41,758 nt of DNA from Thermoplasmata archaeon (lineage in GTDB: Archaea; Thermoplasmatota; Thermoplasmata; GCA-020350865). This document shows positions 1-12,100 of the stretch, one piece after another; the first letter of the stretch is position 1, and each line of letters opens with the position of its first letter. The notes under the pieces are model-generated. The model searched no databases. It was not told where the DNA came from and saw nothing but the letters and a program-made list of their open reading frames with translations. The DNA is taken from NCBI GenBank assembly GCA_020348445.1, contig CP070751.1, forward strand, positions 997,451 through 1,039,208, written 5' to 3'. A program made the position numbers and the translations under genes.

Positions 1-3000
1 GGATCTATGAATTGGTAATCAGCTAGAAGATCCGAGTCAGCTGTAGGTTCAGAGGGTGTTACATAAGCATCTGAAACCCCTGGCTTTGAATTGACTATCG
101 TCACGTTCATATCACTGCGAATAGCTGCTCCCTCATCCAAACCATCATGGGGAATAACCTCACAGGTCCAATTCTCTGCTCTTGAAGTATGGTCAGAGGA
201 TAAATTTTTACCTCGTAGGCCTGTATCGAAATATTCAGATCCGCTCCATCTAAGCCATTTTATCACCGTATCTAAACTCTCGGAATCACCGTCATTATCA
301 TAGAATTCGTAAGAAACAGTTAAGATATCTTCTGTATCAGGATTTAAGGGAGCAATTGTTATATTGAGAACATACGGCAGAGTGTTTCCTATTGTAATAG
401 AAACAGATATGAAAGGATCCCCAAAGTCCTCACCATCTGAAGGAGTGATTATGTAATACCATATCTCACCTTTTAAAGTTAGTGATGAATCAACGATGTC
501 ACTATCGTTAAGATTCCATTGCTCCATACCATCTTTATACCATCTGATTTTGCTCCCTGAATCAGAATCTTTATCAGGATCGACAAATTGAAAATCTACC
601 TGAAGATCCGAATCTGCAGTGGGATCAGAGGGAGTAATTGAAGCACTTAAAACCTTTGGAGCCGAGTTATTGATGCTCACATTCATATGGCTACGATTAG
701 CCAGCCCCTCACTAATTCCATCATGTGGTATAACCTCACAGGTCCACATCTCGCCCTTATTCGTGTGTTCTGAGGATAAGTTCTTACCTCGAAGGCCTGT
801 GTCGAAAAATTCAGATCCGCTATATCTTAGCCATTTCACCACTGTATCTAAACTCTCCAAATCCCCATCATTGTCATAAAATTCGTAGGATACTGTTAAG
901 ACATCCTCTGTGGTGGGATCCTGTGGACTTATTGTAATGTTAAGTACATATGGCGGGGTATTGCCTATGGTAATAGATACTGACATAAAAGGAGTCCCAA
1001 AGTCCTCACCGTCAGAAGGTGTGTAGATATAATACCAGGTTTCACCTTTTAATGTCAGTGTAGAATCCACAGAGGTACTATCATTCAAATTCCACTGCTC
1101 AACAGCATTTTTATACCAACGAATGGTGCTCCCAGACTCCGAATCAAAATCCACATCCCAATATTCGTAATCCACTTCTAGATTTGAATCTGACGTGGGA
1201 TTTGTTGGTGTAATATACGCAGATAGAATCTCTGGTGCTGAATTTCCAATTGTTACATTCATGGTGCTGCGATTAACCAGTCCCTCACTAAAACCATCAT
1301 TGGGTATTACCTCACATGTCCAATTCTCGCCTTTGAATGTATGTTCAGATGATAAATTCTTGCCCCGCAAGCCTGTATCAAAAAATTCAAAGCCATTCCA
1401 TCGCAGCCATTTTACAATTGTATCCAAACTCTCACTGTCACCATCGTTATCAAAGAATTCATAATCCACCCTAAGCACATCCTCGGTTGTGGGATTTAAT
1501 GGGGAGATAGTAATGTTGAATACTGAAGGTGGTGTATTTCCTATAATAACAGGGTCTGATACTGCCGGATCTCCAAAATCGTCACCATCTGAAGGTGTGA
1601 CGACATAATACCATGTTTCACCCTTCAATGTCAGCGAGGAGTCTACAGAATCACTATCGTTCAGATTCCATTGCTCTATTCCATTCTTATACCATCTGAT
1701 CGTACTTCCTGACTCTAAATCATTGTCAAGGTCAAAATAAGTATAATTTGCGGTAATTGTTTCGTTGCTCTTGGGAGAGGTGGGGAGAATAATAACATCT
1801 GAAACCCCAGGAGCCGAGTTGTCAATTAGAACTTCGGGGGATTCTTCTGAGGCCCCTAGATTATCACCATCGTGGGGGGTCACAATACACTTCCACAGAT
1901 CTCCTTTTTTTGTGTGGCTTGAATCAAGTTCCAGTGAGTCCACACCAGAGTACACGTATCCAAAGCCATCATTTACATACCATTTATATTGAGACTGGGT
2001 TTCGTTATCGCCATCGATGTCATAGAAAGTGTAGTTTACATGAAGATTATCGGAACTTGTTGGATTTGTTTCATTTATGACTACCCCAGTTACTACAGGC
2101 GGTGTATTTTGGATGGAAACAGGTGTCGAGGTCATAGGTATACCATATGTTGTGCCGTCATGTGGTATCACCTCACAGAACCATGTCTGTCCTTTACTTG
2201 TATTGGAGCTGTTTATTTCTAACATATTATTGAAGGAGGTAATGTTGACTCCATCTATATACCAAATTATTTTTGTACTGCCTTGGGGGTCACCCTCGTC
2301 ATCTGAATACTGATATGTTAGATTCAGATCATCTGTGGTTGTGGGATATGAAGGACTTATTATTACATTGGACACCTGGGGAGGCTTATTTTGCAGCCAC
2401 ACTGAAACCAATGTAGACTGGTTCAGGTGAAGACCATTTGAACCAGCGTGATTGCCTAAATATGCATGGAACGTGTGAGGTGTGTATAATTCCTTAGAAG
2501 TCGCAAATTGTATACGTTCATGCATCCAGATCCATCCAATATATCCATTTACATCCGTGAATCCTTCAAAAATCAATGTCCCTGCAATATTCCTTATCTG
2601 GACCTCGGCATTTTGTTGGGGATTTCCGAGCCAATTATAGACCCGAACATTCACAAGCCACCATAATGAAATACTGGAGGATAGATCCAACGTTATCTTC
2701 AGCTGATTAAATGTGGTGTTGTATGAAGTCACATCTGCATCTATGAGGTTAAAATTATAATTGGTTGCATTCAATGAACAATTGTCAACTATAAAATTTT
2801 CGCATGTGTTTATGGATATGGCTGTAACTGTACCCGAGTAAATCCTGGATTTGATGAGCTCTATGAATGTTGGATTTGAAGTGCAGGAAATCCCGGTGGT
2901 ACAATCTTCTATGGTGATATCTGTTAATGGAAGGTTATTTCCTCCGCTAACCTGAATACCTGTCCCACAGGATTTAATGGTAATATTTGTTATTTGAACA

Positions 3001-6000
3001 TTGTTACAATTTTCCAGGTGTATTCCAGAAGATGAAGAATTTTCTATGATAATATCAGAGATCGTGTTATCATTTGAATTTTCCAAATAATATCCTTCGT
3101 TCGCCCAATTTGATGTGCCTTTCGAAATAATGGAGGAATGAACCCAAAATAGATAATAATCGTATTGCGAAGTATTGTTGAAGTCGTTCTCCAATATCGT
3201 GTTCCATATGGTGAAACCGATGGAAACACCCCTTTTTAGATCATCGAAATAGTTGTTGGAGATATTGTTATTGTTACCAGCCTCCCAGATATGAACTCCA
3301 TATTCTCCACCTGTAAAATTGTTCTTGAATATCTTATTGGCCTGACAGCCACCCTCAAATAAAACCAGTCCCGCCTGAATGGACGACGGATTTATGATAT
3401 CGTTTTCGTAAATCGAATTAGTTTCCGAGTTCAATATGTAAATTGGGAATGCCTGATGATCAGTGAATGTATTATCACTCAGAATGTTGTCATCTGAATT
3501 ATTTAGATAAATTCCAAAAGTATTTGAAGAAAAAGTATTGCCAGAAATATCACAATTTCTGGTTCCATCTACCAATATGGACACGAAGTTATTTGAGAAA
3601 TCATTATTTTTCACTGTTATATCTGCAGAAGGATCGGAAATATACAAGCCTCTGAACCAGGGTTCACCAGCTGTCATTACCTGAGGTGCGTGAATCTCAA
3701 AATCCCAGGTACCGTATGCCAAACCCTCATCAGAGCCGCACTTTTCTAGCTTGCTGTTTTTCATCACGAATTCTGACCCATTCATAATAAAATAATATGA
3801 TTCGTTAATCGTAAAAATATAAGATCGATCGCCTGTTGTCAGTGGATTGTCGTCATTATCTAAAATCCAAAACTTACCATTTGGTTGTACCTTGATACCA
3901 TAAAAATCCGTAAAGGTACAATTAAATTCAATCTCAACACTCTTTAAGGTTAGGTTACCTGTTGAAAGAATAATGAGCGAACCATTCATTTGGGTTGATA
4001 AATCCGATATTTCTAGGGTATCATTCACCACCCAGTCTCCACATTGGGCAACATTTGATGGCTGGCTTTCCTGGAGTGCCTGATCTACGCATGTGATATA
4101 ATATCGATATGTGGCCCAGTCTGATGCTGCGTGAAAATCGGTCCAATTTGTCCAAAGCTCTTTTCCAGGGGATGTAGATGAATCGTACACAAGCAGCCAT
4201 CCAGATCCTGTCTGATTTCTGTAAACCAAATAATGATCAGCATCGCTTGATACGCAAGGTTCCCAATTCAAATCCACGTTTGTTTTGTTGCTTATGGCAG
4301 TTAATCCCCCCGGCGGGACTGGCGGAAGGTCAACTTTAAAGTTAACATTAACGGTTTGGGAGACATTCATGATAGGCTCGATTTCTCCATACGCCGTGTG
4401 TACATCCAAGGTGGCAGTTATATTGTACGGATCATAAGATATGTTTTCGGTTTTAGTTATTGTCTGATTATTTACCACAATAAATCGTACCTGGCCATCT
4501 TCATCAGATTCACCCTCAAATACAATTTCATCAGTGTTGTTTTTTACCACTATATATGCACCAGGAACCCAACTGTTTATATCAGTGACATTGAGATGAA
4601 GATAATTTAGAATTACGAGTTCACAAGCTTCATAGGTGATATTCACCTTTGATGGGTCGAATGTACAATTCAGGACCTCAAGAACTGTATCTCCTGGGCC
4701 AACAGTATCACGTAAATAAAAATCATAGTTCGTGGCATTGATGGTGTTGTTGGAAAAATTAGAGTAGTCGCCGCCATCTACATCATTTATGTATACACCA
4801 TTATATCTGCATAAGGATATTGTGTTGTTAACGAAGTTATAGTATCTGAGTTGCCTTAGCTCCAACCCTACAGAATTATTGATTAGAACATTATCCTTGA
4901 AAATATAAGTATCATCCTCATCACCATATTGTAAGAAAATGCCATATCCATCGTTATTCGATATGTTGTTGTTGGCAAACTTGTTGTTATTGGAGGTTCC
5001 CGACATACTAAATCGAAGTCCACTATCATCATTATCTGATATTGTATTGTTATGAAAATCCATATTCGAGGATCCATAGATATACAACGAGGAGAAACTG
5101 CCCGACTTAACATTAGTAATTCTGTTATGATGGAATTGAATGTAATGACAATCGATCATTTCTACATTTTCGCACCAACCGGTTCCAGCATTGTATTCGA
5201 TAGTATTGTTGTAGATTTCCGAATAGTCAACCCGAAGATACAATCCATGTTTATCCGATGTTGGCGGATTGGTAAACACATTGGAATTATTGTGAATATA
5301 ATTATTAAAAATCGTATTATATTGGCCCCATGCATGCATTCCATAATCATTATGGTGAACAACATTGTTGTACACTTTGACATAATCACCGTAGGCATAG
5401 TTGATGCCATATTGGTCGCAGTATCTGAATTCGTTGTAACCTATGGTGTGGAAATCATCATGAGTCGAGTAAAAACCATACAAACAATTTTCGATTGTAC
5501 AATTCTGGATATTTACACTGTTTGTATCAATAAAAAGCCCTAAATTATTACCTCCTCCTTTATAGCCCATCTCTCGAATTATTGAGTTCTCAATTGATAG
5601 GGAGGCACCCGAATAGACTTTGATCGCGGTTCGAAAATCTAAAGAGGACCTATCATCCACATCGAAGGGGCTGTCTGTAATGTTTGAGTAATCGCTTGTA
5701 GTGGCAGGATCGCCATCCAAATCAGAAATGTCAAGAGAGCCCCACACATCTATGGTGAATGTACCATTTTCTGTTGAACAATTCATGGCCAGTGTCACAT
5801 TTCTTAAGGTCAACGATGCACCCGAGTTAATTGTCAGATTACCTGATAATACTATTATCTCATTTGTATAGCTCTCGCTACCATTTACATACCAGTCTCC
5901 ATCGATATACTGCAGTCCATCAACTCCATCGTCAGGTGTGCCTGCCTCTACAGTTGAATTGTTCAGTGGTAAGACTATCTGTAATATGCCCAAAACTAGC

Positions 6001-6035
6001 GTTGTCACTACGAGTAAATCTATCGGTTTTCTCAT
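1..6035 (-). CDS. Giant secreted/cell-surface protein: NosD/CASH parallel beta-helices, FN3-like domain and tandem Ig-like repeats. 3' end runs off the window; >2,011 aa. Paralogue of 6151..13041.
   Basis: Not in the ORF track. Manual translation starts at ATG 6035 (RBS GAGGTGA at 6041-6047) and reads MRKPIDLLVVTTLVLGILQIVLPLNNSTVEAGTPDDGVDGLQYIDGDW. The frame was open at the points checked (5490-5640, 3-62) and still reads VTPSEPTADSDLLADYQFID at the left edge. An internal stop would have made the track report it. Confidence 0.93.
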   Translation of the reverse strand, partial: MRKPIDLLVVTTLVLGILQIVLPLNNSTVEAGTPDDGVDGLQYIDGDWYVNGSESYTNEIIVLSGNLTINSGASLTLRNVTLAMNCSTENGTFTIDVWGSLDISDLDGDPATTSDYSNITDSPFDVDDRSSLDFRTAIKVYSGASLSIENSIIREMGYKGGGNNLGLFIDTNSVNIQNCTIENCLYGFYSTHDDFHTIGYNEFRYCDQYGINYAYGDYVKVYNNVVHHNDYGMHAWGQYNTIFNNYIHNNSNVFTNPPTSDKHGLYLRVDYSEIYNNTIEYNAGTGWCENVEMIDCHYIQFHHNRITNVKSGSFSSLYIYGSSNMDFHNNTISDNDDSGLRFSMSGTSNNNKFANNNISNNDGYGIFLQYGDEDDTYIFKDNVLINNSVGLELRQLRYYNFVNNTISLCRYNGVYINDVDGGDYSNFSNNTINATNYDFYLRDTVGPGDTVLEVLNCTFDPSKVNITYEACELVILNYLHLNVTDINSWVPGAYIVVKNNTDEIVFEGESDEDGQVRFIVVNNQTITKTENISYDPYNITATLDVHTAYGEIEPIMNVSQTVNVNFKVDLPPVPPGGLTAISNKTNVDLNWEPCVSSDADHYLVYRNQTGSGWLLVYDSSTSPGKELWTNWTDFHAASDWATYRYYITCVDQALQESQPSNVAQCGDWVVNDTLEISDLSTQMNGSLIILSTGNLTLKSVEIEFNCTFTDFYGIKVQPNGKFWILDNDDNPLTTGDRSYIFTINESYYFIMNGSEFVMKNSKLEKCGSDEGLAYGTWDFEIHAPQVMTAGEPWFRGLYISDPSADITVKNNDFSNNFVSILVDGTRNCDISGNTFSSNTFGIYLNNSDDNILSDNTFTDHQAFPIYILNSETNSIYENDIINPSSIQAGLVLFEGGCQANKIFKNNFTGGEYGVHIWEAGNNNNISNNYFDDLKRGVSIGFTIWNTILENDFNNTSQYDYYLFWVHSSIISKGTSNWANEGYYLENSNDNTISDIIIENSSSSGIHLENCNNVQITNITIKSCGTGIQVSGGNNLPLTDITIEDCTTGISCTSNPTFIELIKSRIYSGTVTAISINTCENFIVDNCSLNATNYNFNLIDADVTSYNTTFNQLKITLDLSSSISLWWLVNVRVYNWLGNPQQNAEVQIRNIAGTLIFEGFTDVNGYIGWIWMHERIQFATSKELYTPHTFHAYLGNHAGSNGLHLNQSTLVSVWLQNKPPQVSNVIISPSYPTTTDDLNLTYQYSDDEGDPQGSTKIIWYIDGVNITSFNNMLEINSSNTSKGQTWFCEVIPHDGTTYGIPMTSTPVSIQNTPPVVTGVVINETNPTSSDNLHVNYTFYDIDGDNETQSQYKWYVNDGFGYVYSGVDSLELDSSHTKKGDLWKCIVTPHDGDNLGASEESPEVLIDNSAPGVSDVIILPTSPKSNETITANYTYFDLDNDLESGSTIRWYKNGIEQWNLNDSDSVDSSLTLKGETWYYVVTPSDGDDFGDPAVSDPVIIGNTPPSVFNITISPLNPTTEDVLRVDYEFFDNDGDSESLDTIVKWLRWNGFEFFDTGLRGKNLSSEHTFKGENWTCEVIPNDGFSEGLVNRSTMNVTIGNSAPEILSAYITPTNPTSDSNLEVDYEYWDVDFDSESGSTIRWYKNAVEQWNLNDSTSVDSTLTLKGETWYYIYTPSDGEDFGTPFMSVSITIGNTPPYVLNITISPQDPTTEDVLTVSYEFYDNDGDLESLDTVVKWLRYSGSEFFDTGLRGKNLSSEHTNKGEMWTCEVIPHDGISEGLANRSHMNVSINNSAPKVLSASITPSDPTADSDLQVDFQFVDPDKDSDSGSKIRWYKDGMEQWNLNDSDIVDSSLTLKGEIWYYIITPSDGEDFGDPFISVSITIGNTLPYVLNITIAPLNPDTEDILTVSYEFYDNDGDSESLDTVIKWLRWSGSEYFDTGLRGKNLSSDHTSRAENWTCEVIPHDGLDEGAAIRSDMNVTIVNSKPGVSDAYVTPSEPTADSDLLADYQFID
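93..1820 (-). repeat. Three tandem 576-bp (192-aa) two-domain repeat units inside the first surface protein; a fourth unit begins at 92
   Basis: The Asn codon of the N-S-(A/K)-P module start recurs at 1820, 1244, 668 and 92, exactly 576 nt apart. The GLRGKNLSS and TPSDGEDFG coding segments also recur at about 576-nt spacing. Confidence 0.9.
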
Positions 6036-6040
6036 ATAAC

Positions 6041-6047
6041 TCACCTC
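6041..6047 (-). promoter_or_regulatory. Archaeal ribosome-binding site GAGGTGA of the first surface-protein gene
   Basis: Minus strand reads GAGGTGAGTTAT-ATGAGAAAA. Confidence 0.7.
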
Positions 6048-6150
6048 ATTTTACACTGGTCTCTATTACCCCCCTATACAGTTTGATCTTTGATATTACC
6101 AGGATAGATGTCAAGTATATATTATCTTTTGTTATAACCCAGTTTTTTTC

Positions 6151-9100
6151 TCACTCGTCATCGATATTTTCCTTTTCCCTAGATTCATCAGATTTATCGC
6201 CTATTTCTTCGTCAATTTCGTATTTTTCGGGTTTTATCTCAGGAGCCGGCCTTTCATTATGAATATTGCCTTTATCTTCAACCTCCCAATCACCAATCAT
6301 CCTGGATAATTCCTTCCGTTGAGTAGCTGTAAGTGATGAGGTCTGTGATATCGTCATGACAAAACCCTCGTATTCTTCCCTGGATATTCTACCGTCAGCA
6401 AGCATTTCATCCAGTTCCCTTGTCACTCCCTCAGGTAATTCCTCGAACTTATGGGCAACTGCAGCCCTTCGAATCTCCCCGCGCTTGCTTACCATGATCT
6501 CTTCAAGCATTAAAAAGTGCAGATCTTCAATATTACCTTGCTTGAATTCATCATTTATTCTAGCATCTAGCTCGTTTAGTTTATTCTCGTACTCGACAGG
6601 GTCCTCGCCCTTTCCCTCAGAGATTTCATCGATTTCTGCCATATATTTCTTAAGAGCGCCCTTTTTCTTCCTTATCTTGCTGTAACCGATAAAGGCAAGA
6701 AGACCGGTACCGGCAATTACAAGAATCTCAAGTATTATGCTCCACTGGTCCCAATTTAATCCAAGAATCAGCTCCTCACCAACATCTGCGACACTTAGGT
6801 TCCAGCCATACTCCGTTTCGTCAGTGCCATCACTGACCACTGCTGTTACTTTATGTTTTCCTGCAGCCGAGTAATCTGCAAAATATGTATACGAGCTACC
6901 ACCTGTCTGCACCACCACATCATCGAAGTACCACGTTATTTCAAGGGTATCTTCGGCATCCGGATCGCTTTCGTCTATCATGAATTTTAAAGATGTGTCT
7001 TCTTTCATTTTTGGAGATTTTGAAATGGGCTCTTTGACCTCGATTTGCGGTAGCAGATTAACATTGTTTACCACTATAGTCCATTCGAAATACAGCGTAA
7101 CCGACCTCTCACCCAAATCCTGAACCGATAGATTTAATGTGTATGTTCCCGCACTTTCATAATCGGTTTCGAACAGATAGGCTTCATCATCGCTTACAGT
7201 TTGTTTACCCAGTTTCCATTTGAATAATAGAAAATCACCGTCCGGATCTTCCACATCAACATAAAATTCCCATGATTCTGTCTCATTGAGGGTTATTTGA
7301 CCCTGCCCGGGGGAAATCGTATTTACCTGAGGTTCTGAATTTTCTATAACCACATGATATGAAGAAATGAGCTCACTATAATCCTCACCGTCAAATACGA
7401 TCAAGGTGTAAGACCACAGATCACCTTTTTGTGTGGCTGAAGATTCCACTACAAGGCCATCAATGTCCTGTAAAAGACCACTTTTATACCACTTGATCTC
7501 AGGGTCTTGTTCGGTATCTCCATCTTCATCAAAAAATGTGTAGTAAGCAGTAAGGTCGTTATCGCCTAGCGGAGGGCTGGGTGATATTGACAAATCCACT
7601 GCAGTTGGCGGGCTGTTTTGTATCGTGATTTCTGGGGATTGTATTGGGTCTCCAAAATCAAATCCATCCTTTGGTTGCACAATGAAGTACCAAACCTGGT
7701 CCTTTTGGGTTTCATCAGATGGGACAGTCAAAGCATTGGCGAGGGTGGTCATTTGAACGCCATCACGGTACCACATAATCGTAGTACCATCCTCAGAATC
7801 GCTATCCAGATCAGAATATTCATAATTTGCCACGAGGTCATACTGGGTTGTGGGCTCAGACGGGCTGATGTACACATCTGAAGCTATCGGAGGAGAGTTT
7901 AATATGGTCACCTCGAGACTGGAGTTAACATTACTTCCATAATCCAAACTATCGTGCGGTGTGACCACGCATTTCCACTCCTCGCCTTTAGTAGTGAATG
8001 ATGAAGATAGGATCTTTCCCTGATGACCAGTATAAGTAAATTCAAGGTCCCCCACCCTCTTTCTGTACCATTTGATTATTGTATCTATGCTCTCATCGTC
8101 GTCGTCTTCGTCATAATAGTCGTATTCAACAGTGAGCTCATCTGTAGTATCGGGATTTTGGGGATTTATAATCACATTGGATACTGATGGGGGAGTATTC
8201 CCAATAATTATGGATTCAGATTGAACTTGAATCCCAAGATCCTCTCCATCGCTGGGAGTTATGATATAGTACCATTTTTCTCCCTGTCGTGTCTTTTCTG
8301 GGGCAACAGAAGCACTACCATACAAATCTATCTGCTCCAGACCATCTTTATACCATCTGATTTCACTTCCCGATTCTGGATCATCGTCCAGGTCAAAATA
8401 AATATAATTTACCTGGAGTGTCTCATTACTAACAGGGGACTCAGGTATTACTATGACTTCTGAAACCTCAGGTGCCGTGTTGGTTATATTAACTGTAGGT
8501 GATAATTTAGGTTCACCGTAATCATCGCCATCTCCTGGAGATACCAAACATCTCCATTTATCACCCTTTTTGGTATAAATAGAACTTAATTCCATTGAAT
8601 CCACACCAGAGTATACCCAGCCAGAGCCATTATTCACCATCCATTTGCGTAATGACCAGGTTTCAGGATCATCGTCGATATCAAAATAAGTATAACTTAC
8701 ATGGAGATTATCAGAACTTCTCGGATTGGTTTCATCTATTAATACATTCGATGCAACCGGAGGTGTGTTTTGAATCGTAACAGGTATGGAGATCATGGGA
8801 ACGCCATATACTGTACCATCATGGGGGATGACCTCGCAGAACCAAGTCTGGCCTTTTTGGGTATATACACTGTCTATGATCATCCAATTGTTAAATGAAG
8901 AATAATGAATTCCGTCTATATACCATAAAATCATCGTGGTTCCTTCAGGATCATTTTCAGAATCTGTATACATATATGATAAATTCAGATTGGATACAGT
9001 TGTTGGATATGTCGGGCTTATTATCACGTTTGATGCAGTGGGTGCTGTGTTCTCCAAATATACGGTTATTACACCGGATTGATTCAGCATCAAATCCAAT

Positions 9101-12100
9101 GAACCAGAATGATTGCCGTAGTTGGCAAAGATGAAATGTGGATTCGAGGTTTCATTAGAGAATATATATTGTGTACGCTCGTGTAGCAATATCCATTTTG
9201 CATATCCCTGAGAATCTGTGTACCCGCTGAACATGATTGTTCCAAATACCTTTCTTACTTTAACCTCGGCATTTGATACGGGATTATCGATCCAGTCAAG
9301 AACTTTTACATGAATGTACCAATTAAGCGAAATACTGGAAGAATTATCCATTACTATTTTTGTTTGATAATATGTTGTGTTGATCAATATTATGGATGTT
9401 AATGTGAGATTGAAGTCTAATAGTGAAGAAGCGAAAGTGCAATTCTCGAATAAAACATTGTTACATCCCTCTCCAATGAATCCTTGTTCTATACCGATTT
9501 CAGCTGTAACATCCTGGAATATAACATTCTCTGAACCCCAAACAGTATAAATTCCAAAATTGCAATCTTCTATTGTAATATCGCTTGCAGTTAAGATACT
9601 TCCACCAGCAAATGCTAATCCACCGAAGCCACAATTATAGATAGAGGCTTTTTCAATTCTTAATTTATAACAGTAAAAACCAACGAAACCCGCCATTAAT
9701 GCATTATCAATAACAATATTTGAAAGAGTTATATTTCCTGAATTTGTGATATAACTGCCAAAAAAGCTATCTGTAATTGTCCCACCTTGGATGCTTGTTG
9801 AATCTGATTGATATATTAAATAACCTATGTATGAGTTATAAAAGTAATTATCCAATAGGATATTTCCACTGGAACCGTAAATATATATCCCGCCGTCATC
9901 CTGGTATGTTTGGTCGTATAAATTATTACCTGAGATGTTGTTATCAACACCTCCATCATAAATGGCAATCCCATAGTCACCCCACGATACTTCGTTGTTG
10001 AATATTTTATTATCATTACAGTTGCTTCCATAAATAACAATACCTGCTGCAACTGTGGGTCTGCTTCCCATAATTGGGTCAATGAACACATTATTGGAGT
10101 TAATGTGATTACTTATTGAATCAAATAAATAGATAGAATATGCAAAGGTTAAGTTAAATGTGTTTTGGTAAATATCATTATCGTATGCTTCATAAAGGTA
10201 TATACCGAATTTATTTTCGAAGAAGGTGTTGTTTCGTATAATGCAATTTTGAGCCCCATAAGGTAATATCGACACGAAATTGTTTGTGAAATTATTATTT
10301 TCGATTAGTACATTCGTAGCAACGCTTGAAATATACAAACCCCTAGTTTTTGGATCACCTTCGGTGATTACGTCCGGAGCCCATTTTTCAATGGCCCATT
10401 TCGGATATTCCAGTCCTTTTTCAGAGCCACAGGATAACACCTTGCTGTTTCTCATCTCGAATCTTGCGCCCTCCACAACGAAGTGAAAACCTACATCATA
10501 TCTAAATGATGTGATATTTGACTGGTCATCGATAGTCTGGGGATCATCATCCATATCCAAGATATAAAGCTCTCCACCAGGTTTTACTTTTATTCCAAAT
10601 TCACCCATATTACTGCAGTTGAATACCATATGAACCTTACTTAAAGTCACATTTCCATTGGATAGGACAATAAATGACCCATTGAGTTCTATTGAAAAAT
10701 CTGAGTACGATCTTGTATCGTTTATGGCCCAATCGCCGCATTTTGCTACATTCGAAAAATCACTTAACTGAAGGCCCAAATCCATTGCTAGAACTTTGTA
10801 CTTATAAAGGGTCCAATCCGAAGCTGCCATAAGATCTGTCCACTCGTTTGCCAAGGGGTCAGCATCCCCAATTGTATCATGGAATAATACCCAGTCCACG
10901 ACCGTTCCATTTCTATAAATCAGATAGTTACGAAGATCTGGGGAATGACAAGGAGTCCAGGTCAGGTGAACATCAATGTCCTTACTTACTGCAACTAGAT
11001 TCGTAGGTGTTTCTGGTCTGAGATCTGTTGTAAAATGCACGTTCACCGTCTGGGATACATCCATTATCGGTTCGATTTCACCCCAGGCCGTATCTCCATC
11101 TGATGTTGCAGTGATGTTGTAAGGATCATAGTACTTTATTTGATCGGGACTCGCTGGAGGTTTATATCTTGTTTGATTTACCAGTACTATGTATCGCAAT
11201 TGACCATTTTCATCTGTTCTTCCCATATAAGCTGTACTCCCATAGGCATCTTTTATTCTTATGGTGACATTTGGTGCAGCTCCTTGTACATCTGTTACAT
11301 CAAGATGGAGATAGTTTTGAAATACTATCGTTGGGCTACCAGGTGTATTTAAATATGTATCTTCTGGATCGCAGGTACAGTTCGTAACCACAAAATTTGT
11401 ATCAAAATAATCACCCACTGTGTCCGTTACAAAAAAATCAAAAGGTTCAGCATAAATCGTGTTGTCTATAAAGTCTCCATTCTCAACATCATTTATCCAG
11501 ACACCTGATCCAATGGTGGAACTTATGACGTTATCTGTGATTGAATATGCTCGAATAGTTGCCAAATACAATCCATAATCATCATTCTGATAGAAATCGT
11601 TATTCTTTACCTCGATATAATTGACAAAATCTGGTGAATTATTACCAAAAAACATCAAACCCACACCACTGTTAAAAGAAATATTATTATCGTAAAAGAA
11701 ATTGTTGGTTTTGTCATCATTTAAATCGCATCTGATCGCTGCTGATAGAATTGAACCATCGTTATGTGTTACTGTGTTGTTGTGAAAAGTGATATCATTA
11801 CTTCTATCAATAAAAACGGAGTAATAGCTGTTTGTATCGAGTTTTTGCATCGTATTGCCAAATATCGTTATATTATCGCAAAAATCTATATTCAGGTTAT
11901 GCGAGTAAAACTCCAAACCACCATTATATACCAATGTATTATCAAACACTTGCGAGTCCCTGCTATCACCAACCTCAATACCATGATCTGTGTTATTATG
12001 AACCTCATTATTGTAGATACTTGAATTGTAGATTCGCCAAGCTCTTATTCCTTCATAGTAATTATTGTAAATCGTATTATCATAGATTGTGAAATTATCC

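Noticed and set aside
91-6262. Plus-strand ORFs of 60-163 aa (e.g. 91..303, 619..879, 1195..1464, 5052..5543), several similar to each other
   Set aside because: They are antisense shadows of the long minus-strand gene; their mutual similarity reflects the 576-bp repeat.
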